A stretch of 64,000 nt of DNA, taken from assembly GCF_011386835.1 (NCBI RefSeq), contig NC_088791.1, positions 275,590,001 to 275,654,000 on the forward strand, written 5' to 3'. Positions 12,637 through 25,232 of the stretch are shown piece by piece (positions within the stretch are counted from its first letter, which is position 1; the number at the start of each line of letters is the position of its first letter). Below the pieces are notes generated by a model, which was not told the DNA's origin, did no database searches, and saw only the letters and a program-made list of their open reading frames with translations. The position numbers and the translations under genes were made by a program. Origin of the DNA: Chrysemys picta bellii. Lineage: Eukaryota.

Positions 12637-14084
12637 GTAAGATTTGTGAAGCAAATACCTATTGTTTTAATTTTGATAGTGGCTAAAGGCTACTTTTTTA
12701 AACACAATATTTCTAGGTGATTTCACAACAGGAAAATTTAAAGAGAATGGTAGCAAGCAACTAAATCTATAAAAAGCCTAATTTTGCTGCCCTATTCTCG
12801 CTGAGCAGTGCCTTACTCCACATGCAGTTCCACTGATTTCAGTGGGGTTAGTTTTGGAGCAGAGTACCACTCAACGTAAATAAGGGTGCCAGAATCGAAT
12901 GCCTTTTTGGCAGTACAGGAATTTCGCATTCTTATGGTCTTGCATTTATGCAACAGTTTGCATAAAAAAAATCAGTTGTGTGTTTGTGTTTTTGTTTTTT
13001 TGTTTGTTTGTTTGTTTTTTGCCTTTGAAGAACAACTGTTGTTCCCTAAAGATAACTTTTTAAAAAAATCCAGGGGCAATATCCAAGTTTAGATTGAAGC
13101 TCGTTGAAGTAGGAGCTCTCCTAAATGCTTCATGCCTAGCACAAAGCGACTGGGTCCCCTAGACACTACCACAATACAAATAATTACAAGAATTGTTTAT
13201 TGGGCCCTCATCAGTCAGATAAAGATGATAAATTATAAAGCACTTGGGAATACTCGGCAACTAGACTTGTGGAATGGCCTAGACATTAATTCCTGATCCT
13301 GCATGCACTTATGTATGTGTCCCAATTAACTGAGGCTTGTCATGGGTTTCTTCCACTTTTTGCCGAAGCGTCGGGTATTGGCCATTTTCGGAAATAGGGT
13401 AGCTAGTTGAGGGACAGAAGGTCTGATTTGGCTTTGCAAGTCCTATGTTCCCATAGAATCCCCAGTGTTGGTTTGTATCATTCTGATCTGGGGAAAAAAC
13501 AGTTAAAGAATCATGGTTCCTCAGTGAACCATGTAAACTTACTTCCAACAGTGATCATGGTAAATGTGTAAGACATAGAGTTATAGGAATCCTTGAGGGA
13601 TCATATTGTGCAATAATGCAGTATGTAACCTGCTCACATGATTATCAAAGACTCTATTTCCAACAATTGGACTCTGGAACTGCATGTGGGTTAAATCTCA
13701 ACGTCAGTAGCACGTGTGTGCATTAAGCCCTCCACTCGCTAACAAATGCACAGTAAAACGGCTACTGTGACATTCCCAGGTAGAAATCAAAATTAGGCCT
13801 CCATGAAAATCCAGAATTACCTGACAGTTGTTTTAGAAAAGTGAGTCTGTAGGAGTTGCTAGAAGAAGTGAGCATAAGGCAGGACCTAATGAGAAGAGTA
13901 GGTGGTAGAGCATCAGACTGGGTTTAGCAAATGGTGCATCTTAGAGTCAGGGAGATTAAAAACTCTTACCACTTTCTGCTATCCTGCATTGTGACTCTGA
14001 GCAATGGTGTTAAGGGGAAAAGATGCTAAAATAAAAACCCCATTGCGGTGAGAAGCATCTGTTTGAAACTGTCATGATCTATTA

Positions 14085-14500
14085 CAGGGGTGGCCAACCT
14101 GAGCCTGAGAAGGAGCCAGAATTTACCAATGTATATTGCCAAAGAGCCACAGTAATAAGTCAGCAGCCCTCCATCAGCTGAATCCCACGGCTCCCAGCAT
14201 CTCCCACCTATCAGTGCCTCCTGCTCCCTCCCTACGCCTCCCGATCAGCTGTTTCGTGGATGCAGGAGGCTCTGGGGCGGGGAGGAGTGAGGGCACAGTA
14301 GGCTGAGGGGAGGGGACGGGAAGGAGTGAGAGGGGGCAGGGCCTGTGGCAAAGCCGGGGGTTGAGCAGTGAGCACCCCCCAGAACATTGGAAAGTTGGCA
14401 CCTGGAGCTCCAGCCCCGGAGTCAGTGCCTATACAAGGAGCTTCATATTAACTTCTGAAGAGCCACATGTGGCTCTGGAGCCACAGGTTGGCCACCCCTG
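14085..14500. mobile_element. hAT (Charlie-like) MITE
   Basis: TIRs CAGGGGTGGCCAACCTG / CAGGTTGGCCACCCCTG. Perfect 8-bp TSD ATCTATTA. Confidence 0.92.
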
Positions 14501-15210
14501 ATCTATTAGGACCACTATGAACAGTGTACCTGGTGGGACCACATAATGTAATGATCTTGACTTTGTCATTTAAAAGAGAAGTTTCCTAAAAAGACTTTAC
14601 CAAAGCTCTTGCAGTTCGAGAAGGAGCATTCAAAGTCTGAGATTTCTCACAGTGAAGCTATTTTAATGTGCAATATACATAAAGTAAAAATTATCTGATA
14701 AATTGCTTTGCACAATTGTTTGTTGTTGAGATGTCAACATTTAGCCACAGAAAGACAACCGATAAATACCTCTCCATCATCAGCAGAACTCAGGATCATG
14801 TCTTTTGAAATATGGAGAGATGATCCTTTTGTTCATTCCATTGACATTGGTTTAAGTATTATAAGGATTCTGTTGCAGAATATTCATTTCACTCAGCAAA
14901 GTTTTGCTAAAGTTAAGAGAAGGCGCAGTTGTGGGAAGGGGAGGAAACACATCTGATTTTTTTTTCTTCTATGTTTCTTGTACATTGATTTGTGACTTTA
15001 TCATGTTCTTTATTCAGCAATATGAGTCATGTGTCTAGAGAGGTATAGCCCAGCAGTTCATTTAAAGTCAGTCTCCTATCATTTATCCATTCATTCGAAG
15101 TGTCCTATGCAGTAACAGAAGAGAGATTCTGGATATTACCTTGGCTGTATTGAGATATTTGATTTCTGATATGATCTCTCATATACTCTCCCTCATGTTC
15201 TATATTCCAG

Positions 15211-15369
15211 CAAGCAGAGATGAACTCCAATCAAGAAAAGCTAAATTGGACTACCTTGAAGTTGGTACATGTCAGAAAGATGTCATAAATATCTGGGATA
15301 AGAAGTTATTAAACTGCAGAGCCAAAATCAGATGTGACATGGAGGATATTCATACCACTCTGAAAGAAG
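15211..15369 (+). CDS. TBC1D4: TBC1D4 coding exon (~exon 15)
   Basis: attccag| ... |gtattt, 159 nt. Encodes [19 protein letters not shown]...[12 protein letters not shown]. Confidence 0.96.
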
Positions 15370-16221
15370 GTATTTATTATGTATGATGTGTTTTGGCTGG
15401 GACATTTGGGAGACTTTTTTTGTTCAGTCTTTAAGGTTATTTAAACCAAATCTACCTTCAGTAAGCTTGTTCCAATAGCACCAAATCGGTAAAAATTGCC
15501 CGTTGCCTTTTTTCCCAAACACCAACTATTTTGCAATGAGAACATATCCTGTTTCTGTTATGCCTACAATATATTGAGACAGTGCTGCAGAAAGATCAAG
15601 CGAATGATTACATAGTTGTACTCCTGTATGTAAGGTGATGTCCCCAGATAGGTTAGCATTGGTGGGGATTTCTCCTAGGGCCTTTGGATTTAAAAGCGTG
15701 AACCTCTACTCTCTGAGATGAAGAACCCAGTTCCTTGGCTCAAGGCTGTAGCAGACTCCTAAACCTGTGTACATGGACTAGTCACTAGACAGGGGACAGA
15801 GGGCCACAGTGCATCAGTGTGGGTTATACATTTGTCTGGGGAAGCTCACCCTGACAATTCCCATATGGGTTACCCCTTGTAACACAATGCCCCAGTTGGG
15901 AATTGAATCTGAGATATCTGGACCTAAAATCATGAGCCTTTGTTGTTTAATCACAAAGGCTAAGTCCATTAGCTTGAAGTCCGTAGTAGACTCATAAACC
16001 TCTATGTGAACTAGCCATAACATGGCAACAAAACGACTACACTATTAGTGTGAGTTACATGTAGATTAAGTCTTGTGGTTCTCAGCCTTCAAGTAAGGAA
16101 CCTTAGCTATAATGCATTGTATGACATTATCTTTATCAAACAGAAGTCACTATTATAGATAAAAAGCTTTCAGAATATTCAGCTGCTCAGAGCATTTGTT
16201 TTCTCTCACCTCTGATTTTAG

Positions 16222-16380
16222 GTGTACCAAAAAGCCGCCGGGGAGAAATTTGGCAATTTCTAGCTGTACAACATCGCGTAAGACATAGACTGCCAAGCAA
16301 ACAACAACCTCCTGACATCTCCTACAAAGAACTCTTGAAACAGCTGACAGCTCAGCAACATGCTATCCTTGTAGATCTAG
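16222..16380 (+). CDS. TBC1D4: TBC1D4 coding exon (~exon 16), start of TBC domain
   Basis: ttttag| ... |gtactt, 159 nt. Encodes [15 protein letters not shown]...QQHAILVDL. Confidence 0.96.
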
Positions 16381-16713
16381 GTACTTTTGTGGTGGCTGAT
16401 AGATACTCTAACGTGTACTTTGTGTCCTATTGCTGAGGTGACTGGAAAATGTTGTTTTTAGTTTAAGTTTTGGGTTGAGTTTCATATTGGTACAGAAACA
16501 AAGATGCTACTGTACATGAACATACGTTCTGTCTAGGCTGCCTTCAGTGTTGTCTTTGCTGAACACTCTGCTCCTTTTGTTTGTGCTGTATGCACACCAT
16601 GTCTGCAATGGGAGACACTTAACCATAAATTTGGTGAGTGCAATTTCGCAGGCTAACTGCAGAGCGGGAAGAAAATGGACTGTAGTGGAGCAGGAGTGAA
16701 CTACGAACTTGAA

Positions 16714-16785
16714 GGATGAAATTCTGGCACTGTTGAAGTCAGTGGTAAAATTCACTGTGATTTCAGTTGGGGGCAGGATTTCACC
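16714..16785. repeat. Short palindromic MITE-like element
   Basis: GATGAAATTCTGGC...GAAGTCAGTGG...GCAGGATTTCACC imperfect hairpin. Confidence 0.5.
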
Positions 16786-17082
16786 TGAAGGGTGAAAAGG
16801 AAAACAGGGCTGTGGGAAGAGAGGACAGGGCTATATATGCTGGCTGATTTATGAGAAAGCAATGGAACAGTCTGTAATGGTTGGAGGGAGATGACAGAAA
16901 AGCAAATAAAAATGAAGGGGAAAAGGGAGAGAGGAGATCAGGGTAACCTTAAGAATAATTATTCTTGGAGAACATGAATTCAAGTGTTACTTTATTTATT
17001 CTGTGTTTGTTTGGTTTTTTTTTTAATTACAAATGCATGTAATAGATCCTCTTCCTCTCTCTTTTCTCTCCCACCCTCTCGT

Positions 17083-17190
17083 ATGTTACTTGTCTTAGAT
17101 TGTAAGGGACTATCTTTCTGTGTGTTTGTATAGCATCTAGCACAATGGGGCCTGATCCTGATTGGAAACTTGGTAATACTGAACTAGAAA
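17083..17190 (+). mobile_element. L2/MIR-type 3' tail remnant
   Basis: CTTAGATTGTAAG...TGTTTGTATAGCATCTAGCACAATGGGGCCTGATCC, typical of the amniote L2 3' end. Confidence 0.55.
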
Positions 17191-17424
17191 TATTACATTC
17201 ATGTGTGAGTCAGTGTGATGGTCTTCATCTGGGCTGACTCCAGGGATTAGACTGGAAACGTCCAGAGGGAAATTATGAATGTCTACAGTTGAGCTAAAGA
17301 GCCAGGCTTTGTCGCTGCAACACAGGTTTGCAGAATTGGATCCTGCAGCTTGAACCTAGCCCTAACCTGAAGTATCTATAGTACAACTTTGGGGAAGAAA
17401 TAATAGGTTCCAGAACCTCTCTTG

Positions 17425-17448
17425 ATTATTATTATTATTATTATTATT
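17425..17448. repeat. (ATT)n microsatellite
   Basis: About 8 ATT units followed by a T run. Confidence 0.9.
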
Positions 17449-17754
17449 TATTTTTTTTTTCAGAAAAAAAAGTGTATAACAATTATCCAGTGCTTAGGTA
17501 CAACAGCAATGGGTGCCCTAGAACTACCCAAGATACGGTTTTATTCAGTACAACTTTGATATTGCTGTAGTCAGAAAGTATGACCAACTATCCAAATTTG
17601 TTTTATAATTTAAATCCAATTCTAAGGATATGTTCTGGGAAGGCTTGATAAGAGAAACTTCTGCAAATACAGAGGAGAGGAGTTTTATGGGTTTCTGTCT
17701 CTCTAGAAAAAAGAACTGAGAATTAAATGCCTCTCTCTTTTATTTTTACGCCAG

Positions 17755-17999
17755 GCAGGACATTCCCTACACATCCTTACTTCTCTACCCAGCTGGGAGC
17801 AGGGCAGCTGTCACTTTTTAATCTCCTGAAAGCTTATTCTTTGCTGGACAAGGAAGTGGGTTATTGCCAGGGTATCAGTTTTGTGGCTGGAGTACTGCTT
17901 CTACACATGAGTGAGGAGCAAGCCTTTGAAATGCTGAAATTCCTCATGTATGATCTTGGCTTCCGTAAACAGTACAGGCCAGACATGCTGTCACTACAG
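17755..17999 (+). CDS. TBC1D4: TBC1D4 coding exon (~exon 17), catalytic TBC core
   Basis: acgccag| ... |gtaagt, 245 nt. Completes the Arg finger (VDLGRTF) and contains the Gln finger (GYCQG). Confidence 0.97.
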
Positions 18000-18354
18000 G
18001 TAAGTTGGTCCTTTCTCCTAAAACAAACTAAACTTGAATCTGCTGTAGGATTTCCAAGAGGCTGTGCCTGTTCTAATACTTGGAAAGTTGTAGTTTGTTA
18101 GGATGATAAGTGCTAGAGGTGAGTAAAATGCATATAGTTCTCCTTGCCAAACATCTCTTGTTTTCTCATTTAGAAGTTGATACAGAAGCTTAAGAGTTGT
18201 AAACGTCTTCCCATCACAAACCCTGATACTCCTCCATTTGGAAACTGTGCCTTTTCTTTTCATCCCTTCCTTTCCTGCTCATTTTTCTGCCCTCTCCTCA
18301 AAAAAACAAAACAAAAGAAAGCAAAAACAACTACTCCCCAAACCCCATATAAAC

Positions 18355-19130
18355 CATGATCATGTTTATCTGCCTGCTTGCCCCTGCCTTCATGTAGAGA
18401 ATGAATAAAAACAAGGACACCCCCAACTAAAAGGTGAAGATTAAATGCCTCTCTGTTGTTTTGTTACATCATTTGTTAACTCTATCCAGAAGGATTTAGA
18501 ATTTTTAAAAAATGTGCTCCCACTGCTGCTTCACTTTGGGCAGCCTTTAAAGCCTTCATCAGAGGCTGTATCCTCTCTTATGCCACCTTTCAAAAGAAAT
18601 GGAGAGAACATAGAATTGATACCCTTGTGAAGGAAATTAAGGTCTTGGATGTAAACTATCCTTGTGCAGCCTCCCCAGAGAAACTCCAGATCCCTCATCA
18701 ATCTAAGATATGAAATCAACAAACTTCTGTCCCAAAAGGTTAAGTTTGCTTTATTTTGTTTGAAGCAAAACTACTAGGAATCTGGTGAGAGAGCTGGGAA
18801 GCTGTTGGCATATAGATTTAAGCAAAAGGCTTACAGAAATAAGATTGCTACTAATCGCCATAGTAGCAATAAATTATATACAACACAGACCTTAATAAAC
18901 AATTTCAAAAGTTTTATTCAAAACTATATTTACCTGGAGGGAATCTGTAAAGATGCCCTAGATAACCTTTTTAGTGGATTGTCTCTGCCACAGACCTGGC
19001 TGTTAGAAGGAACTTTTAGATGCCCCTCTAGAAATTGCAGAACGAACTCTGGCTATCAAAGGAATGACGGTTGGAAAGACTCCTGGTACAGATGGGTTCC
19101 CAATTGAATTAAACACCTAGATTATTGAAT
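18355..19130 (+). mobile_element. Decayed L1-clade LINE ORF2, 5' part
   Basis: Frameshifted WRLNASLL-like, WAAFKAFIRGCILSY, GKLLAYRFKQK and GKTPGTDGFPIE motifs. Confidence 0.8.
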
Positions 19131-20348
19131 TAAGGTTACCATATTTCAGCGAGCAAAAAAGAGGACGGGAGGAGCCCCGCCCTAGCCCCGCCCCTGCCCC
19201 TCCCACTTCCCGCCCCCCCTGACCTCCCAACCCTCCCCCCGTTCCTTGTCCCCTGACTACCCCCTCCTGGGACCCCTGCCCCTAACTGCCCCCCAGGACT
19301 ATCTAAGCCTCCCTGCCTCTTGTCCCCTGACTGCCCCAACCTTTATCCACACCCCCACCCCCAGACAGACCCCTGGGACTCCCACGCCCCATCCAACCAC
19401 TCCCCACCCCCTGACAGCCCCCCCCCCCAGAACTCCCAACCCATCTAAACCCCTCTGCTCCCTGTCCCCTGACTGCTCCGATCCCTCTCCGCACTCCTGC
19501 CCCCTGACAGCCCCCCCCAGAACTCCCAACCCATCTAAACCCCTCTGCTCCCTGTCCCCTGACTGCTCCGATCCCTCTCCCCACTCCTGCCCCCTGACAG
19601 CTCCCCCCCAGAACTCCCAGCCCCCTACCCCCCCCCGCTCCTTGTCCCCTGACTGCCCCCTCCTGGGACCCCTGCTCCTAACTGCCCTCCAGAACCCCAC
19701 CCCCTACCTAAGTCTCCCTGTTCCTTGTCCCCTAACTGCCCCCTCCTAAGACCCCCCCCCCCAACTGCCCACCAGGACCCTACCCCCTACCTGTACCCTG
19801 ACTGCCCAAAACTTTCTCCACTCCCCCCCAAAAGCCCCCCCCCGTTTCTTGACTGCCCCCTCCAGAACCTCCCTGCCCCTTCTCCTGCCCCCCTTACCCT
19901 GCTGCTCAGAACAGGGTGTTGGGCTCTGTGCGAGCCGGACACGTGGCTAAGCTCCCCAGCACAACAAAACCCGGTCCCTGGCCCTGCACAACAAAACCCG
20001 GTCCCTGGTCCGGACCGGGTTGCAGGGGAGAGCTGCCCTTGTATCAGCACAAAGTGCTCTCGCTCCCGTTTTGCTACGCTGCATGGCAGAAACCGCTCCC
20101 AGTTGCAAAAGGGGAGGGCTGCATTTTGTGCTGAGACACTTGCTCAGAATGCAGGGCGGAGCTCCTCTCCAGCTGCTCCGGAGTCCAGCCCGGGACTTTC
20201 CTGCAGCCCTCCCAGCCGCTCGCTCTGCTGTGCCAGGGGAGGGGGGAAATCCCGGACATTGTGAGTGCTTTACAAATTCCCCCCGGACGCTATTTTTAGC
20301 ACAAAAAGGAGGACATGTCCGGGTAAATCCGGATGAATGGTAACCCTA
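19131..20348 (+). mobile_element. Non-autonomous hAT-type element (Blackjack-like TIR) inserted in L1
   Basis: TIRs TAAGGTTACCAT / ATGGTAACCCTA flanked by a 7-bp direct repeat ATTGAAT. C-rich ~90-bp internal tandem repeats. Confidence 0.88.
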
Positions 20349-22270
20349 ATTGAATATTCAATGAGGCCAAGAATGAGCAAACTTTCCTGTCTGCTCTAAG
20401 AGAAGCTGTAACTTCAGTTATTCCTCAATCTGGGAAAGATGTTGGACTATGTAGTAATTACAGGCCTATTTCTTTAATCAATTGTGACGCTAAGATTTTA
20501 GCTAAAGCTCTTGCTATGTGATGAGACAAAGGTCTCTCACACGTCATGCACATAAATCAGGTAACTTTCTTCATAACAGACATAGCTCAGATAATTTGCT
20601 TCAACTGATTGATGATATTGCTGCTTCGGGATATTCTAAAGAATCCTTAGCTGTCACTTCTTGCGAGACCTTTGACCACATAGCCTGGGCCTATCTTTTT
20701 CATGTGTTAGCAAAGTTTGGATTTGGTAACCAATTTATTGCTTGGATTACACTTTTATACTCTAGCCCAACTTCCAAGGTAGTTACCAATAGTATTATTT
20801 CCGCCCCTTTTCCATTACAGAGACATATGAGGCAGGCCTGCCCCCTTTCTCCTCTTCCATTTGATTTAGCTCTAGAACCTTCAGCCATTGCCATTCAAGG
20901 AAATCAACATTCATGGTATCAGGGTAGGCCAAACGGAGCACAAAACTACGCTGTCTGCAAATGATGCTCTTATATTTGTATCTAAGTCCAAAGTTACCAT
21001 TCCTAGCCTTCTAAACACTATTAATAAGTTTGGACTTTTCTCAGGGTATAAAATTAATTTGGGGGGAAATCAGAAATCTTATGCATTAACAAATACACCC
21101 ACCAAGGCATTTCTTTCAAATTAGGACTTTCAATGGCAATCTTTTTATATGAAATATTTATGGATACTGAACACCGAAAACATTCCAGGACATCCGTAAA
21201 ATAAATATGTCTGGGAGAATTTTGTTTTCCCAACTTGGAAAATTATCATATCCTTTTTGTTAAGCCAGGCATCTTTGTGGCTGTTAAATATGACCATGTG
21301 GACCACACCTTGTGTTCAGATTGAACAAGAATTGGTATACCCTCTCCCCCTTTCAGGCATTGTAGGATCGAATTATTATGGATTTGATGGCTCCAGAGCT
21401 CCCACAATGATGGTGGTGGGGTAAGCTTGGTCAAAATTAGCTAGAAAGCTCTGCTTCCATCCATGTAGAGGCAGTCCTATTCTTAAAATCAGTGGCAAAA
21501 CCTTAATGTGGAAAGATTTGATGGAGAGAGGATTTATGACTTGGTTGCAGCTAACTGACAATGATGAATTTAAAGCATTTGTAGATCTTCAGCAACAATT
21601 TGGTTTGCCCTGTTCCAGACTATGGAAATATCTCCATTTAAAGCATTTACTTACAAATGTGTTTGGACAGGATGCATTGGGAGCTCCAGAACTTGTATTG
21701 TTTTGGAGGAAAGTTCCTAATTTCTTGGCCAGTGATGTCCTTTTACAATTTTATGGCCCAAAAAACCTCTGCCAAAGATTGATAATTTGAGAGTTTGAGA
21801 GTTGGAATAGAGATTTGGATACACAACTATCTCCGACCCAATGGAATACAATGGTATCTAATGTTAAAAAGGCAACTATAGGCCTGAGACTGCAGCTTAT
21901 TCATCAAAAGATAACTTTTTTCAAATATACTGGTTCCCACATAGAGTAATGGTAATAGGCCTCATAAATGCTGACCACTGTTAGAAATGTAATTCCCCAG
22001 GTACTACGTTAGTTCATATGTTTAGGCAGTGCCCCTGTATCAAGAATTTCTGGTAAGAAGTGGGTATTGGAAGCTAAATTGAAGCTCTCCCATTAAGTTT
22101 CATTCTTGGGCAGTGGCCAGTGCCAGATTTCTGTAAGAAAGGTGCAAGAAACCTCTTAGTGGGTAATTACAGAAGTCTTGCCCATACAGAATTTCTTCCT
22201 AACCCTCAGTTATAGCTTGACTTATGGTTAGAAGCATGAGAGTTCATATTTCAATTTTAGAAAAATCCTT
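20349..22270 (+). mobile_element. Decayed L1-clade LINE ORF2, RT and C-terminal zinc knuckle
   Basis: NYRPISLINCDAKILAKAL, QACPLSPL, FSGYKIN and a C-x-KC...HMF..CP motif near 21975-22035. Many stops and frameshifts. Confidence 0.88.
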
Positions 22271-22289
22271 ACTAATGTAACTCTGTTTA

Positions 22290-22600
22290 CTCTTCCTTTT
22301 TAGCCATAAAAATATCCAACTCTTCTTAGAATCCTGCAAACCTCTTAGCCTTAATCATACTTTGGGCAACAAGTTCCACATGTTGATTGTGCATTGCGTA
22401 AAATAATTTTCTTTTTATCAGTTTTTCATTTGATGCCTTTCAATTACATGGAACATATCTTTGTTCTTGTAATGTGAGACAGAGTAAACAGAAGTGCCTG
22501 ATCTGTGTTCTCTGTACTATTAATTTATTTTGTATTCTTCCAGCCTGTTTTCTTTTAATTTGTCTCCTCTCTCAACTAAACTGTCTCAATTTCTGGCTTC
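22290..22600 (-). mobile_element. Old CR1 3' remnant
   Basis: GGCAACAAGTTCCACATGTTGATTGTGCATTGCGTAAAA is the antisense of the CR1 RT C-terminal region. Confidence 0.55.
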
Positions 22601-25232
22601 CACCTGGATAGAATAAATTTTAGACCCTTTTTAAAGGAGGCTAGATGGCCATTAAGTAACTGGCTCTCACCTTTAGAAAATGGAGATCTGAACTCTGCTT
22701 TCATTGCAAACGTGGGTTCGGTTTCATCTCAATCTTTTGCAGATATTTGCCTGCATCTTGAAGCCACAACCTAATTTGGCATGATTGGCAGTCTTCAGTT
22801 GAGAGGCGTAAGTTCTTTGTAAGGGAATTGTGAGCTAAGACTCATGAGCTCTATCACAACTGTACTATATGGGAAAACATGCACAACTCCTGCCCATGTC
22901 ACACCTGGCTGTAGCATTTTAAAACTCGCTCAGAATAAAATCTCTCTCAAATTAGATCAACAGTGACATCCAGTGGTCAGTTAGGCTACTGATAGGACAT
23001 TATCTCTTCTGGCTATTCTAAATGACATATATCAATTCACTGATTTTTTTTTTTTCTGAAATAAAAATGGCAGAGAGAAGAAATGTGCGAAAATGTGTAA
23101 TCGTCAAGCTATAACCAGCACACTCCTGTATTATTCACATAGATATTATACATTTTCAATGAAAAATGTAAAGTTTAGGCTACAAAGTTTAAAAACGTAC
23201 TAAACAACTAGTCATCCAAAATTCAGCCCCTCTTTAGGAAAGAGCCCTCTTCTATGTAATCTATGTAAACTGTAGTATTCTAAATTTGATAATCCTTTTT
23301 TATTATGAGTTTAAAAAAAAAAACCTGTAGCTGTCTTTGAGTACCTTGGACTACTAGGAATTTCTGTGACACTTTAAAAACTGAAACCTAGTGTAGTAAT
23401 TCCACTAAGTAGACTTTGAATCTATTTGGTATCATATGCTTGCATTAGAAATAATTCATTATTGAACATAACAAATTGAACCATTATTCAATGGTGAATG
23501 AAAAGCAGCAGGTCATATATTATAAGCTCTCAGACAAGTCTGACAATTCATGCATTTATTTTCTTTCCTGGAATGGCTATTTTCAGTAATGGATTTGCTG
23601 TATTGAAAATAGGAGGGCCACGCTGTTAGACCCTTCACTTACAAATTTGCTTCAGAGACTCTGAAAAGGATCTAGTCTAACTGTCTCTGTGTTACCTGAC
23701 TCACCCATTTAGTCTACATCCTGGTGGATATGGGCCCTAGTTAACCTTGAACTGTCTCTGCATATGGCTCAAAAAGAGAAAGCATTGGGTGTTTACAGTG
23801 CTTTATTTCATGGAATGCTGCTCTAACTAGTGAATGCAAAACCCTATTCTCTCCTTAAAGCTTGAATTGTCTGAGCCACAGACAGGGAGATGTAGTCATA
23901 TTTTCAACCTTTGCACACACAAAAATCTGTAAAGTCTGAGTTTCAAATTGGGCTTCCTCCTGCACTGCATGTGTTTGACTGGGCCAATTTTACGTTAAGA
24001 GAGAGTTGTCTTTTTTCCATATTTCTGCAGGAGGAATTTAAGACCATAGTGTGAGGCTTATGCTTGATGACACTGTATATCTCTTCTCAATGTCTGTTCT
24101 GACTCAGTGAATGTGTTTTTTTTAGAATATGGAGACCCTGGGAGCAGGTGGTAAATACACAGCAATCAGAAATAATGACCGCATGAGGTTTGCACTTCTG
24201 ACTCACAACTGAGAAAATAGAGGCTCAGAGATATACAAAACCAACTTCCATTTTGTTTTGTGTAACTTCAGCAAAGTATGAAAGTGGCAGATCTAGAAGA
24301 AGACAGCCTTTGACTGAGTGGCTTGGCAATCATATATATATATAGCTGGCAATGGCCATCTAATAAACAATAGTCAAAACTTAGGTTAATATCTTCCCCC
24401 TGCAATCCATTGGTAGATATCTTTGAGAGTTAACCCATTTGGGGGGGGGTGGGGGGAGGCAGGAGGTAGAGGTGAGGTAGGGCAGGACAGGCCCCAGTCA
24501 TAGGACTTGTACCATTTAATAAATAAGAGGAGTATTTCTCCTTTTTGAGTCTTAGACAAATTATTTTTAAACTACAGGCTGGTTCTCTTATAATGAAGCA
24601 GAGAGTGTGAAAAGAAATAAAGAATTACTTTATCTGGGAAAAGTACTTTATCCATTGCAACTTCTGTGGTCTGAACTCTGATGGAGTCAAATAGGATGCA
24701 CGTATATCCATAAATTCCTCTTTTGTAAGAAACAAGAATGAGCATGGATGTTCTTATTTTTTAATGGGAAAATGTTATCATTTCTAGCTTTGTTTTCCAT
24801 CTATTAAAGAAAAATGACTTTTGATAACCAGAACTGGCTTCTAGGTGAATAGCTTATTTTAGACAAAAATACACAAATTTTTTCTGCTAAAGAGATTATA
24901 GAAGATGATTTAGCTAGAGGATCGAAAGCTAATTAAACGGAACATGTAGTTAAAACCAAATCCCATTTGGTTTTGGGCAGGATTAGAAAGTTTGCATAGT
25001 TTAAGTGCATAAGGCTTTACTAAGATGTGAACAATATTTTTTTCCCATAGAAAGAATTATTGATGGATTTATAGGTCACTGGTAACTGTTTTATTATTCT
25101 CCTTTGCCCATTGAATTCTAGGAGTTTTAGATTAATGCATCTCTTGCTTGGGAAAGAACAAGGAGTAACATTTTCAGAAGCACCTTGAATAGGCTATATC
25201 TCATTGAAAACCTGTTGGATTTAGGCTCCTAA

